From Lingula anatina (lineage: Eukaryota; Animalia; Brachiopoda): a DNA stretch of 64,000 nucleotides. The notes under the pieces were generated by a model. The model saw only the letters and a program-made list of their open reading frames with translations. It was not told the origin of the DNA and searched no databases. This document shows, piece by piece, positions 1 through 12,600 of this stretch. Each line of letters opens with the position of its first letter. Position 1 is the first letter of the stretch. The translations under genes were made by a program, and so were the position numbers. The stretch is from NCBI GenBank assembly GCA_051362555.1, contig CM120642.1, positions 9,734,001-9,798,000 of the forward strand, written 5' to 3'.

Positions 1-692
1 AGCACCATGACATGTAAAATTAAAAGAAAGCTGATACTCTAGGGATGCTTTTTGTGTGAAGAACAACCAGCGCCACATTTAATCATCTGCAATACCAACT
101 AATATGTGGTGTTTTGACTTGTTAAGTTGTATACAATGTCTTACTGAGTAGTTACGTTTCTTGTCCCAATAATAATGGTTTGAGTATCAGGAGAGAGAAG
201 TGCATAAATTAGACAGCAGAGCTGCTCAGTTACTTGAGATACTGGGTTCTCATCCAGGCTATGGGCCTTCTGTGGTTGACATATGATGATGTGATCAAAC
301 TTTGTCCTGTCTGACTAGTGCAGTTGAACCATGCTTCCACGTTCTTTTCTATTTGTTTATTTTATTTTATTTTTCTTTCCTTATATTTACAAATGGATAC
401 ATTTATTAGGAAATGATTGATTAACTGCAAATAAGTAAACACTGGATAAACCCAGGTTGCATATATAGTGTGTGTGTTTTTTTTTTTTTACCTTATTCTG
501 TTGAAAATGCAACATTTGAAAGTTAAATTTTATAACTAAATAGTTATGATAATAACAAGAATGATTTATCACATGGACGATAATACTTTTTGTTAGTAAT
601 AATTCATTTCTAAAAAGTTGAAAACTTCTGCCATGTAAAACTACGGAAAATGGCTTTTATGTCCTGATTTCTTTTTAGGTTGGCTATGAGAT

Positions 693-3600
693 ATGAGCAG
701 AGTAGGCAGACAAGCGGTAACAAGAGGGGGAAGAGGAGGACAACCACTTGGGTCAAGGGTTAAAGCTCAACCTGTGCCTGGTGGGTCAAGGGTTAAACAA
801 CAAAATCCTCCACTTGAAGATAAAACTAATCTGAGAGAACCCATGGCAGATAGAGGAGGTGAGTGATTTCATATATGTAATGTTAGCTCTTGATATCAAT
901 GTTTCAGGAAAATTATCAGAAGTTGCAATTTACTTTGCTGTACTTCCACAGGTTTAGTTGTGTACCTTATTGTATTAGCTTGCAACTGGTGTGTTCGATT
1001 TCAATAAATTGATTCAATATACTAATAAAGGGTCCATTCCCATGAAACTATTATTCCACATAGATTGATTTTTAACTCCCTGGGAAAACCTCTGAATGCA
1101 ATCAATTGGAAACGAGGAGTCCTGTCATTCAGTTAAGCTGATTGTGTTCAGCAAAAGTCTCCCCAGAGTTCGATTGATCTACATAGAGCGATAGTTTCAT
1201 TGGAAATTGGTCTTAACATGTATCAAGATAAACAGCATGTTGTATGTAATTACTATTCTAACATTTAGGTCAGCCTGGGGTCAGGTACATTACAGATGAC
1301 CTCATCAGGAGAGTGACCAAAGAGCAGCACCTGGACCAGGTCACTGTCCTCAACCTGACTCTGTCAAAGGAAGGAGGGAAGAAAATAAAAGTATGTTTTA
1401 AAAAGATGCATTTGATTTTTTTCTCTCATTTGTTTGCATGTTGTTGTCATGAGATAATCTAGTGTTCAGATTTTTGTAGAAATGATCACTATGACAGTAA
1501 CATTTTATGTATATTTATAGCTTTTTGTTATGAATTATTTGTGAAATGTTAGGAAAATGAGTAAATATTGGTATGAGTTAAAATGTTTTATTAAAGTTAT
1601 TTTTCATACCATTTTTGGTGCATCTAAATTTTAACAAAATTTGTGAAAATAATCAATATCATACCTTATTTTACTAAAAGCAAAATTTGATACAAATTCA
1701 CAAGATCTGTCATTTTTTATCATGTTTCAATTTTATTCCAGTACATAGAAAACTTGGATGGCCTAAGACGCTTACAGGTGCTGAACCTCAGTTGCAACAT
1801 GATTGAAAAAATGGAAAAGTTGGAGAAACTTACAAAATTACGAGAACTCAACCTATCTTTTAACCGGATTTCAAAGATAGAAGGGATAGAGACACTAGCA
1901 GCCCTTCAGGTTTTGAATTTGACTGGAAACAACATAGAATCACTACCTCACTGGCTTGGAAAGAAGTTGAGATCTCTGAGAGTGATTAGATTAGCGAAGA
2001 ACAAACTGCAGTCTGTAAGTTCCATCTAGTATGAAAAAGACTGGATTTATCAGGGCTCGACACTAACGCCTCTTCAAGACTGGCAAACACTCAGTTAGAA
2101 CAGGTGAAGTTTCAGGGTGGGCTGTCCGATGAACAGGTCATGTTTTATGAGTATTTTTGATCAAAAATCTTGAAAACAAATCATTTTCATTGCATGCTGC
2201 ACTTCCTGACACTGTCATTTGTTTATAATTATAAATGAATAGCCCTAGCCAGTTACAGGTTCTATTAATAGACAAGTTAGTGTCCAGCCCTGTTTATTGC
2301 TTATCTTTGATAAACGACTTGATAGGTCAGCTTTGCAATTTATGCCCTTTCTTCTTATGGATATGTTTAATTTTAAAATCATCTTATATCTTCCTGGGGA
2401 GCATACAGTCTGAGCAGTAATATATGAGGCACCCAGAATAAGTAACTGTAATTAACATGCTCTGTCTTGACTAATTGTTGAAACAATCTGCTTTTTAAGT
2501 CACTCATAAGTATTCTAGGATATTTTGGCGGTTTCTTACTAGTACTTAACCTGAAATTCTTTAATGTGGGTAAAAATGTTTTCTTCGGCTTATTATTGTT
2601 ATTATTATGATAAGTTTTTATTGTTATTTTTTCCTTTTATTTATTTATTTATTTATTTTAGTTTTGTTTTATTTAGGAATCCTGGCAGTCAAGTCGGATA
2701 TTGTTATATGATGCTCATATTAAGCCAAAATGAAGAGTAGGTCATACTATACTAGCTAGTGTTTGTCAGAATAGCCTCCACAGTAATTCACAAGCAGTGG
2801 TCATTGGGTGAGCATTTAACCTTAATCTTGTGAAGAATATTAGGTTTTTTGACTCCATGGGCCTTCCTTTTCCAGCTAAGTGAACTTGCCAAGCTGAAGA
2901 ATCTCCAAGACCTCAGCCAGCTGACTGTGACAGAGAACCCAGTCACTGAGCTGCCTCATGCACGTCTTTACCTAATCTTTCATCTGCGGTCGCTGGAGGT
3001 CTTGGACGGCCAGCAGCTGGACATTGAGGAGAGAGAGGAGGCTGACCATAGGTTTCAACAAGGTTTGTGTATCTAGAGTGTATGGTAATTACTAGGATCT
3101 TTTCAATGTGAAAAAATTATCCATGTAGGACACAAACTTATTTGCCTGATATAATGTCGGTTGGTTTTTATGATATAAAACAACAACCTATTTTATTTTG
3201 ATGAAATTAAGATTCTGATCCATTTATCTCACAGGTGTACACACTTGTGCAAGCACATGTGTGTGCACGCAGGCCTGCACAAGGCAGTCATTTTGTCTCT
3301 TCCACTGTCTTCATCCCCTTGAAAAAAAGATGCTTCTAAATGTCCCAATTTGACTTCAGATGAAATAGAGAATTTGGAAAGGCAGCTGGAGGACACTCAG
3401 CGCAGGCTTGAAGAGCTACAAGATGAGCACAACAAGTCTGTCCATGAGATACAGGAGAAAGAAAAACAAGAGAGGTCAAGGAAAAAGAAGGCAGGAGCAG
3501 CAGAAGAAAAAATAAAGGAGATGGAGAGAGAAATACAAACCAAAGATGACCTGGTAAGTCGGTGGGGTTTTAAGCTCAAATTGTGGAAACAGTATCCATG

Positions 3601-6600
3601 AATTACATCCAGTCACCATTTAAGTAGTCTTGAGACTTCAGAGACCCTTTTCAGGTTCAGTAAGAGAGCATTTGTTACTGAGGAAAATTAGCAGCACAAG
3701 TTATTTTGGTAATTTTGTTTGTGTTCATCTTAGAAGTGAGGCAATGGATGGGAAAAAAATTGTATGGATATCTTGAGGTAACACACCAAGTCAGTTTTAA
3801 AACTGCATTATTTCCTTATATTATCTTTCCAGCTGAAAAGGAAGACTGCTGAGCTGACCAAAGCGTGTCAGAAACACTATGAGCTGGAGCAAGAGTTGGC
3901 TTTCTTCAAAATTGATGCCAAATTTGAAAATTTGGGGAAAATTCCAACCCCAGGAAATGGGGTGAGTGCATATTTACAGCATTTGAAATGTGAATGAAGT
4001 ATTTAAAAAAATATGGTTGTAAAATTGTTGTCTAATTTCTCCCAGTTGGGGACAATGTATAATTATATCTTTAATTATTGGTGTTTGACTTTGTACAACT
4101 TTATTAAAATAAAAAGCTATTTTGTCAGAATTTTAAATGTTATTTTAAAAAATCATTATGCCCTTTACATCAGTGCCTCAGGTGGTACTTTGAAAGAATA
4201 AAAGTGAAAATACAAAACTTATTTTCAGTAAAAATAGCATAAAATGTATCAACACAAAGGTTGCCATAATGTTGGGGATACCAATAGGTTGCAAATCTGA
4301 TAAAAATTACATGTAAATGTGGCAATTTGGACCTGAAATTGATTCATTTTTGTGTCAGTCTTTCTAAAATTTACTTTGAAAGATTCCCCAGTCACATTCT
4401 TGGTTTTGAGGATCTTTTCTCTGTATAGGATGTTGAAGAAAGTGAGCTAGGTGCAGAAAGCCCATACATTGGCAGGGCAAGGTACAAAAGTAATGTGTAT
4501 GCCTTTGAACGAACCCTTCCCAATGGGTCAAAGCCAGTTAAACTGCACCAGATTCAGCATGATGTGGGGGACTCTGGGATAGATCGTGAAGTCCGTGATA
4601 AACTCCACCGGGCTTTAGATAACCAGCTAGGTGACAAGCAAAAAGCCATAGACAGAGGTGAGTGGGAATGAATTAGGAATAAAATAAAGGTGCTCTTGAG
4701 TTATGCATCCATTTATATATATTTATATATTCATTCATCTATTTATTTGATTTTGTTATTTTTGTTATTGTTATTTTTGTATTTGATTTTTTTGCATTGC
4801 TAAAGGAGTAATTATTTATAAAAAAAAAGGATAAGGCTATTTTAAATTATCAGATTTTTTTTTTTATCTTTTACAGCAATGTTTAGATGTTGGTTTTGTT
4901 GTTTCAATGCATATGATTTTTACCAGTTTTGCCATACTTGCCAGTTAAAGTTGAAAACAAAGACTTATTTGAAACTGAAAGTTTCTTTATTTTATGATAC
5001 AACAAGACACAAGGTTCACTACAACATCAACATGTTAATTGTGACAATTAGTTTTTGAAGGCTAATAATGAAATTTTACAAGAACTAACATTTAAAAAAT
5101 ACCTGCAGTGCTTTACAACTAATGTTATTAGAATATTAATAATACCAATACTGCAAAAAAAAATAAGTGAACAGGGATAAGTGATGTGAACACCATATGG
5201 CTTATCTTTGAATTAAGTCAAGAGTGCATTTTTAACATTATATATATATATATTAGGACAAAATGATTATATCTGACAATTCCATAAATTCCATAAATTG
5301 TACAGGAAATGGAAAAAAATTGATAATCTGTTCACAATGAAGCAACCAATACATAAATGAACAGGGGTTAGGGATATGAACTAAACACAATTCAGTTCAT
5401 CTTTGAATTAAGCCAAGAATACATTTTTGACATTATATATGTATATTAAGGATGAAAATTGCTAACAGTACCATAAATATTGTATGGGGAATGAAAAAAA
5501 ATCATTTGATATTTTTTTCACATTGAAGCAACCATTTTTTATTACTAGTACTTGTCTAAAGGACCTTCCATTTCTGTATATCATGTATTATCCTATCTTG
5601 GATATTTTGTGCCAGTTGTAATTTTTTTAGTTTGACTGGTCTGTGCACTTGTTACTTGTTTTACAACATTTTCAATTAAATAATTAAGCTCTACTTCTAT
5701 CTCAAAGCATAAGATTTCATAAGGAAATACTGACACCAGGTACTTCCATTAATTTGTTTTTAAGGTCTGAATTGGGAAAGAGTTATGGCCCTTGCAGGAT
5801 ATAAAAACTAAAAATATAACCTTGAGACAGTTTCAGACACTTATATTATACCTTTAAGATTTATTTAAAAAAATAAATTCACGTGATAGTATACCTTTAA
5901 AATTAATTTTAAAAAATAAATCCACATGGTTTTGTTTCCCCCTGCAGTTATTTCATATTAACAAAAAGAGTGATAAGTAAAAACATGGTACAACAGCACA
6001 ACAAGAACTGACAATTGTTTTCTTATATGAAATTCTGTACTAGGGCATAGAAACATTACATTTGGTAGACCTGTTTTCAAGCTTTACTTTTCTAATTTTT
6101 ACTTTCACAGATGAAATTCACTAGTCTTTGTCTCAAAAACAAGAAACTGAATATTTTAGTTTACCTCAATTGAGCTGTGCTTCATTTACTTTGGGACTCC
6201 AGTGGCATGTCAAATACATTATATCTGTTATGTGGCCATTGTGTTGTTTTTGAAGGCCAGAGAAACTGCCAGCATGAAAATGCCTTGGAGACACCTAAAT
6301 ACAGTGGCCAAGTAGCAAAGGTCTCCAACTGATGCTACAGACAGGCCTACAAAGATCAAGCCCACACAACCAATCAAAGTTACACTAGAGCTCATGGCCA
6401 CCATCTTGTAGCAAGAATTAATGCTCAGTAAGTCTGGATAAACAGCATATGCAGTTACCTTTCCACATTTGCTATGTGAAGCCAGACGAATACATATCAG
6501 AGCATTAAGAAATGCAGCCAGTGAGGTCGGTGCCACTATGAGGAGAAGGTAGGATTGGATACTACCAAAGAAACATGACCCTTGGCAGTAGAGCATTTTT

Positions 6601-9600
6601 ACAGGGACAATATCCCACATGTCTGACACAACTCCAGCTGATACCATCAACAATGGGATTGTATATGTGGTTCCAACATATGCCAACAGATGTCTCTTTG
6701 GGCTTTTGCTCCAAGACAGGCTGGATGTTATGCCATGAAATGCCGTGAAAGACATACTTGTAAGCCATAGAAAACTTACCAGCAATAGGAAATGAGCCGT
6801 TGCCATCAGAGCCATGCATGCAGTGCCCTCTTCCAGGGCAATCATTGCTGGCAGGGAGGAGAGTAACTGACCCAAGAAACATATCATTGTGAGATGTATT
6901 ATCATTCCGTCTGCGATATTCTTACAACCATACTGAATAACATATGTGATTAAATGAACTAGAAATATACCCCATGAAACAGGAGGTAAAACCCAAAATT
7001 CAAGAATAGCCATGGAAATTACACTATCAGACTTTGGTATACTTTTGGTTCGATTTATTGTTTTGGGTATGTATTTTAGGAACTCCGCAATACTTTGTTT
7101 GCAGATTAATACGTTGTCCTCAAAAATAACAGCTTGACTCCGGTTGATGGTGATTTTTGCTTCAGCATATTCAAAAGAAAAGTTGAAGGCATCATATTGT
7201 ACATTTGTGACATCTGCCATTGAAACAACAACCGCAGAGCATGGGGAAGTTTCATAATCTACACCATTTGCAAGTCTGAATGCCTCACTTATTATTTCCA
7301 AAGATACAGTTTTATATGAAGGGGTATCATTGAAAACTTGCATGGAAAAATCTATTTTCAAAGGGCTTTCTGCTTGATAGAAATAAGTAAAAAATTCAAC
7401 ATCTGGCAAAATACTGGATAAATTTTTTCGAAGTGATGCCTCTGCCATTTTGATAGATTCATATGTTGCATGTTGACCTCCTAGTTTCAATGGGAAACTA
7501 ACAACCACTCCTATTTGTGAGAATGGTTGCACAGAGAATGCTGCCTGGCATTCCATTTTTGAATTAAGGTCTAATCTTGTTAGTCCTAAATCTTCGAAAC
7601 TGAAAATTATTTCAGGACATAAAAGACTGTTGCTGAGAACATGAATTGGGATATTATCATAGTCAGTAAGTGTAAAGATAATATCAATTCCCATGTATAC
7701 CCCAGAAAATTGCTGAAGCAATGGTATACAATCCTTCTGCCTCGCATCATAGTCAAACCGAGGGGGACAGTCTCTGTTTCCACTGGCACACTGAAAAGAA
7801 AGCCAAAATAAAATGAACAACAGAATCCAAATTGGTGGAAGTGTGCTGTCCATGAAGGGTACTTATCAACAGCAACTTTTTTCTGGTAATTTAAATGCAC
7901 GTAATAGATCTACAGGCCAAGAGTAAGATGGCAAGGCAAAGAACGTTGGTTATTGTGAGACTAAGCCACTTCCGTAGGCCAGTTTTCTTAATGTAATAAG
8001 TCTGTGAATACTGAAGGGATGACTTTTGCCATGGGTGAAAGTTTTCAGTATTATGTCTGATTTAAGGATTTTTAGTCTTCATTTTGATCTTTTTTTTTTT
8101 CATATGGTCTTAATGCGATGAGAAACTGCAAGGTACATTTTCAGGATTTTCAGTTTCACTTTCACCCATGCTGTGGCCTGCTTCAACACTTTTGCAGTGT
8201 ACAACCCCGATTACTTTGAAAATTTTTGTTTAGGATTATATAAATTTTCCTTTTTACTGTGGGAGTTCTTTTCTGTTTCCATAAGCACAAACTAAGTTGA
8301 CCAATAGTCATGATATTATCGTCAGATAAATGCGTAAGAAGATCCTGTTCTGCTATTTCTTCCTGTTATGACTTATTGTAAATGAGAAACACATGCAAAA
8401 GCTAAATGACATTCGTAAAAATTGATTTGAAATTGGTAATTGGTAAAATGAATTCAACAGTAATAAAAATCACTGACTGATGAAGTTCATCTATTCAGGT
8501 AGATTAATGAGTAACAAAGAAAGTCAGATAAAATGATAAAAGAGCTGCAATTGCAGTCTTGTTATCATTGTACCACCAGCGTTAGCGCTGGCGGTACACA
8601 TGGTTTCGGTCCCGTCCGGATCGTTCCGCCGGCTCCGCCGGCTCCGCCGGACGGCTACCGTTACCGCTTCTCCTCCTAGACGGTAAGGGCCCCCGTACCC
8701 ATCTCATGGATTTAGGTCACCTATAATCTCAACTCGTTCCACGTAAAATTTGGGCTTTGTCGGTATTGGGGTCTGGGTGTGGCACTCATTACAATGCACC
8801 CTTGTCTAAAAATGGCAAAATTAAATGCTAATTATCTACCCTACGGAAGGAGTTATGGGAAAAATTTCTATAGACGGCTTTCCAAAAGTCATATGTGTAG
8901 ATTTCAAATATACCCTTGGATTTGACCTTTGACCTTTACTTCAAGGTCAAATGGGCCAAAATTTTCAAAAAAATGAAATTTTTTACGAAAAAAATTTTTT
9001 TTGCCCTGTTATTCAGACACTACACAGACTTAACCAATAATATTATTGGAAAGTGTTACCCTTCAGGTCATCTTTCATTTCCATGAATTTGGGGTCAATC
9101 GGTGCATTTTCACGGGAGTAGCGGCCATAAGATACCGAAACTGAAAACTGTCTCTAATTCGGGAACCGTTAATGCTAGAGACCCATTCTTTTTTGCATTT
9201 TGTAGAGCATGTAAAGCCCAACACTGGAGGTGGTCTCGTTTTTTTTGTATTCCATACGGTTTTCGAGTTACGCTGTATCAAAAAGTACATATTGGTGGTA
9301 AAAGCAAAATGTGCAGTACGGTAATGGATAATAAATTTTGAACTCTGGAAAAATAAAACATAAGGCTTGGCAAAGCAGACAACTTGTGTTCAAAAATGAC
9401 ATTATTTCATCAAATTTGAACTTCTGAAACTTCAGAGCACCTCCTATTTCAAGAATTTTGACCAAAATGACATTTTCTTTATTTTAATTAATTTTTTCTG
9501 TACGAAATTTAAGGCACATTATGGTAACTCCAAAATTATAACATTTAGTCCCTTATATCTCCAAAACTGGCAGAGATAGGTCCATAGTTACTATTGAAGT

Positions 9601-12600
9601 TGAATAGGAAGTCATATACTGGCTATCTTTCTGTGACCTTAAAATTGACCTTTGACCTACTTTTCACCATGAACTGAACTTTGCAAATTTTGCTTCCCTT
9701 TTATCTCCAAAACTGGCAGAGATAGGTCCATAGTTACTATTGAACTTGAATAGGAAGTCATATACTGGCAATCTAAATGTGATCTTGAAATTGACCTTTG
9801 ACCTACTTTTCACCATGAACTGAACTTTGCAAATTTTGCTTTCCTTTTATCTCCAAAACTGGCAGAGATAGGTCCGTAGTTACTATTGAACTTGAATAGG
9901 AAGTCATATACTGGCAATCTATATGTGACTTTAAAATTGACCTTTGACCTACTTTTCACCATGAATTGAACTTTGCAAATTTTGCTTTCCTTTTATCTCC
10001 AAAACTGGCTGAGATAGGTCCGTAGTTACTATTGAACTTGAATAGGAAGTCATATACTGGCAATCTATATGTGACCTTAAAATTGACCTTTGACCTACTT
10101 TTCACCATGAACTGAACTTTGCAAATTTTGCTTCCCTTTTATCTCCAAAACTGGCAGAGATAGGTCCATAGTTACTATTGAACTTGAATAGGAAGTCATA
10201 TACTGGCAATCTAAATGTGACCTTAAAATTGACCTTTGACCTACTTTACACCATGAACTGAATTTTGCAAATTTTGCTTTTCTTTTATCTCCAAAACTGG
10301 CTGAGATAGGTCCATAGTTACTATTGAACTTGAATAGAAAGTCATATACTGGCAATCTAAATGTGACCTTGAAATTGACCTTTGACCTACTTTTCACCAT
10401 GAATTGAACTTTGCAAATTTTGCTTTCCTTTTATCTCCAAAACTGGCAGAGATAGGTCTGTAGTTACTATTGAACTTGAATAGGAAGTCATATACTGGCA
10501 ATCTATATGTGACCTTAAAATTGACCTTTGACCTACTTTTCACCATGAATTGAACTTTGCAAATTTTGCTTTCCTTTTATCTCCAAAACTGGCAGAGATA
10601 GGTCCGTAGTTACTATTGAACTTGAATAGGAAGTCATATACTGGCAATCTATATGTGACCTTAAAATTGACCTTTGACCTACTTTTCACCATGAATTGAA
10701 CTTTGCAAATTTTGCTTTCCTTTTATCTCCAAAACTGGCAGAGATAGGTCCGTAGTTACTATTGAACTTGAATAGGAAGTCATATACTGGCTATCTTTCT
10801 GTGACCTTTAAATTGACCTTTGACCTACTTTTCACCATGAACTGAACTTTGCAAATTTTTCTTCCCTTTTATCTCCAAAACTGGCAGAAATAGGTCCATA
10901 GTTACTATTGAACTTGAATAGGAAGTCATATACTGGCAATCTAAATGTGACCTTAAAATTGACCTTTGACCTACTTTTCACCATGAACTGAACTTTGCAA
11001 ATTTTGCTTTCCTTTTGTCTCCAAAACTGGCAGAGATAGGTCCATAGTTACTCTTGAACTTGAATAGGAAGTCATATACTGGCAATTTACTGTGACCTTG
11101 AAATTGACCCTTGACCTATCTTACATCTTACGAAGAACTTAAATTTGATTGTACCATATATATTTTTTGCAAAAGTTTAAAAATTCTTGTTGATTGCATT
11201 TTTACAGCTTGTCAAGCACAAAACTGGTGGCTGTGTCCCTTATTTTGTGTATGTGGGGGTCTATACGAATGCGCTTGCTCCAGCTGGTGGTACAATATTC
11301 GGAGGCGGTATCGCCTCTCTGATCCTCTAGTTTAACTTGACAAACTCTGGGTGTAAGTTATAAAATAATTGTAGGCCTTGTTTACACTTTAAATTTTATG
11401 AACTCAGGAGAAAAGTTTAAAAATTACTCCAAATGCAGTCTTGATCACACTGACTACTCGGTGGTGAGTAGTGGTCATATCATTATCATATCATTATAAG
11501 CACTACAGTAATTACATGATTTTTTTGAATGGGGAAAAATGTGAATTATACGGATACTAAACATTCCTATTGAGTGTTAGCAACAAAATTTGAAAGCAGG
11601 CTTCTCTATAGTTTTTTCTGTGCAGTAAAAGCATCACAAATACTATATAGAAATATACTTTTTATGATTAGAAGGTGATGTATCTGAAAGTTTTATCATT
11701 TTTGCCCATAGAAAAGACCAAATTATTATGGTTACAACAGGATTCATCCAGTATATGCAATAATACAAGTGTCAAAAATTATACTTCTTTAATGGTGCAA
11801 GCAGCAGAAGACAAGTGCACATAGCTGACTTATCCCATGTGGCTGGCACTTAGGATAACTACACTTGTATTTCTCTTGGAAAGCGTTGATGCATACACTT
11901 CAGGCCTGTAGCCAGCAATTTCAAAGGGATGTTCTTTTTCTGAAAAATTGGACCTTTTACAATATAATCCCCATGTACCTAGGTCAAATTTTACCCAGAG
12001 TAGACCTTTTTCCAGCAAAAAGGGGGGTTCTTTCGAACCCCCCAAACCCCCCTGGCTACGGGCCAGCACTTTTTGTTAGCAAAATACAATTGCAAATATC
12101 CTATTGTTCAAAGTGTCGATCATGGGATAAGGGATGTAATAATGAGACCATGCGCATGACCCCATCCTGCTGTAGATCTGTTATCAAGTACAGGGCATCA
12201 AACCTTTTTTATGTACAGACACAGATGTGTCTGTACATATAGCCATCATCTGCGTCTGTCGTCGCCGTCGTCGCCGTCGCCGTGCACTTTTACCGATAAC
12301 ACGATAAGTGGAAAACCATTTTGCCTTTTGATTTGAAACTTGCAGAACTGATGAATATTCATAATACGCAGGTCAAGTTCGAAAATCAGCATGATCGGGT
12401 CACTCTTAGGGAATTTATGCTGTTTTTTCACTTTTTTCAACATATATGCAGCACCGATAACACGATAAGTGGAAAACCATTGTACCTTTTGGCTTGAGAC
12501 TTACAGTACTGATGAATATACATAATACGCAGGTCAAGTTCGAAAATCAGCGTGATTGGGTCACTTATAGGGAATTTATGCTGTTTTTTCACTTTTTTCA

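Noticed and set aside
7791-7853. Signal peptide MDSTLPPIWILLFILFWLSFQ of a stand-alone intronless GPCR
   Set aside because: Better explained as a translated T-rich polypyrimidine tract ending in CAG that is phase-compatible with the upstream exon.
8030-8170. CATGGGTGAAAG / CTTTCACCCATG inverted repeat
   Set aside because: Probably a small MITE, but it is a single copy here with no discernible TSD, so it is not classified.
9556-11120. CRISPR-like or other functional repeat-spacer array
   Set aside because: Units are contiguous near-identical 146-mers without unique spacers, there are no cas genes, and the context is a eukaryotic intron inside a HINE.
9075-11335. Short ORFs in HINE-A (also 38602-40499) as transposase or captured genes
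   Set aside because: No Rep, helicase or DDE motifs; they recur only because the element is duplicated.
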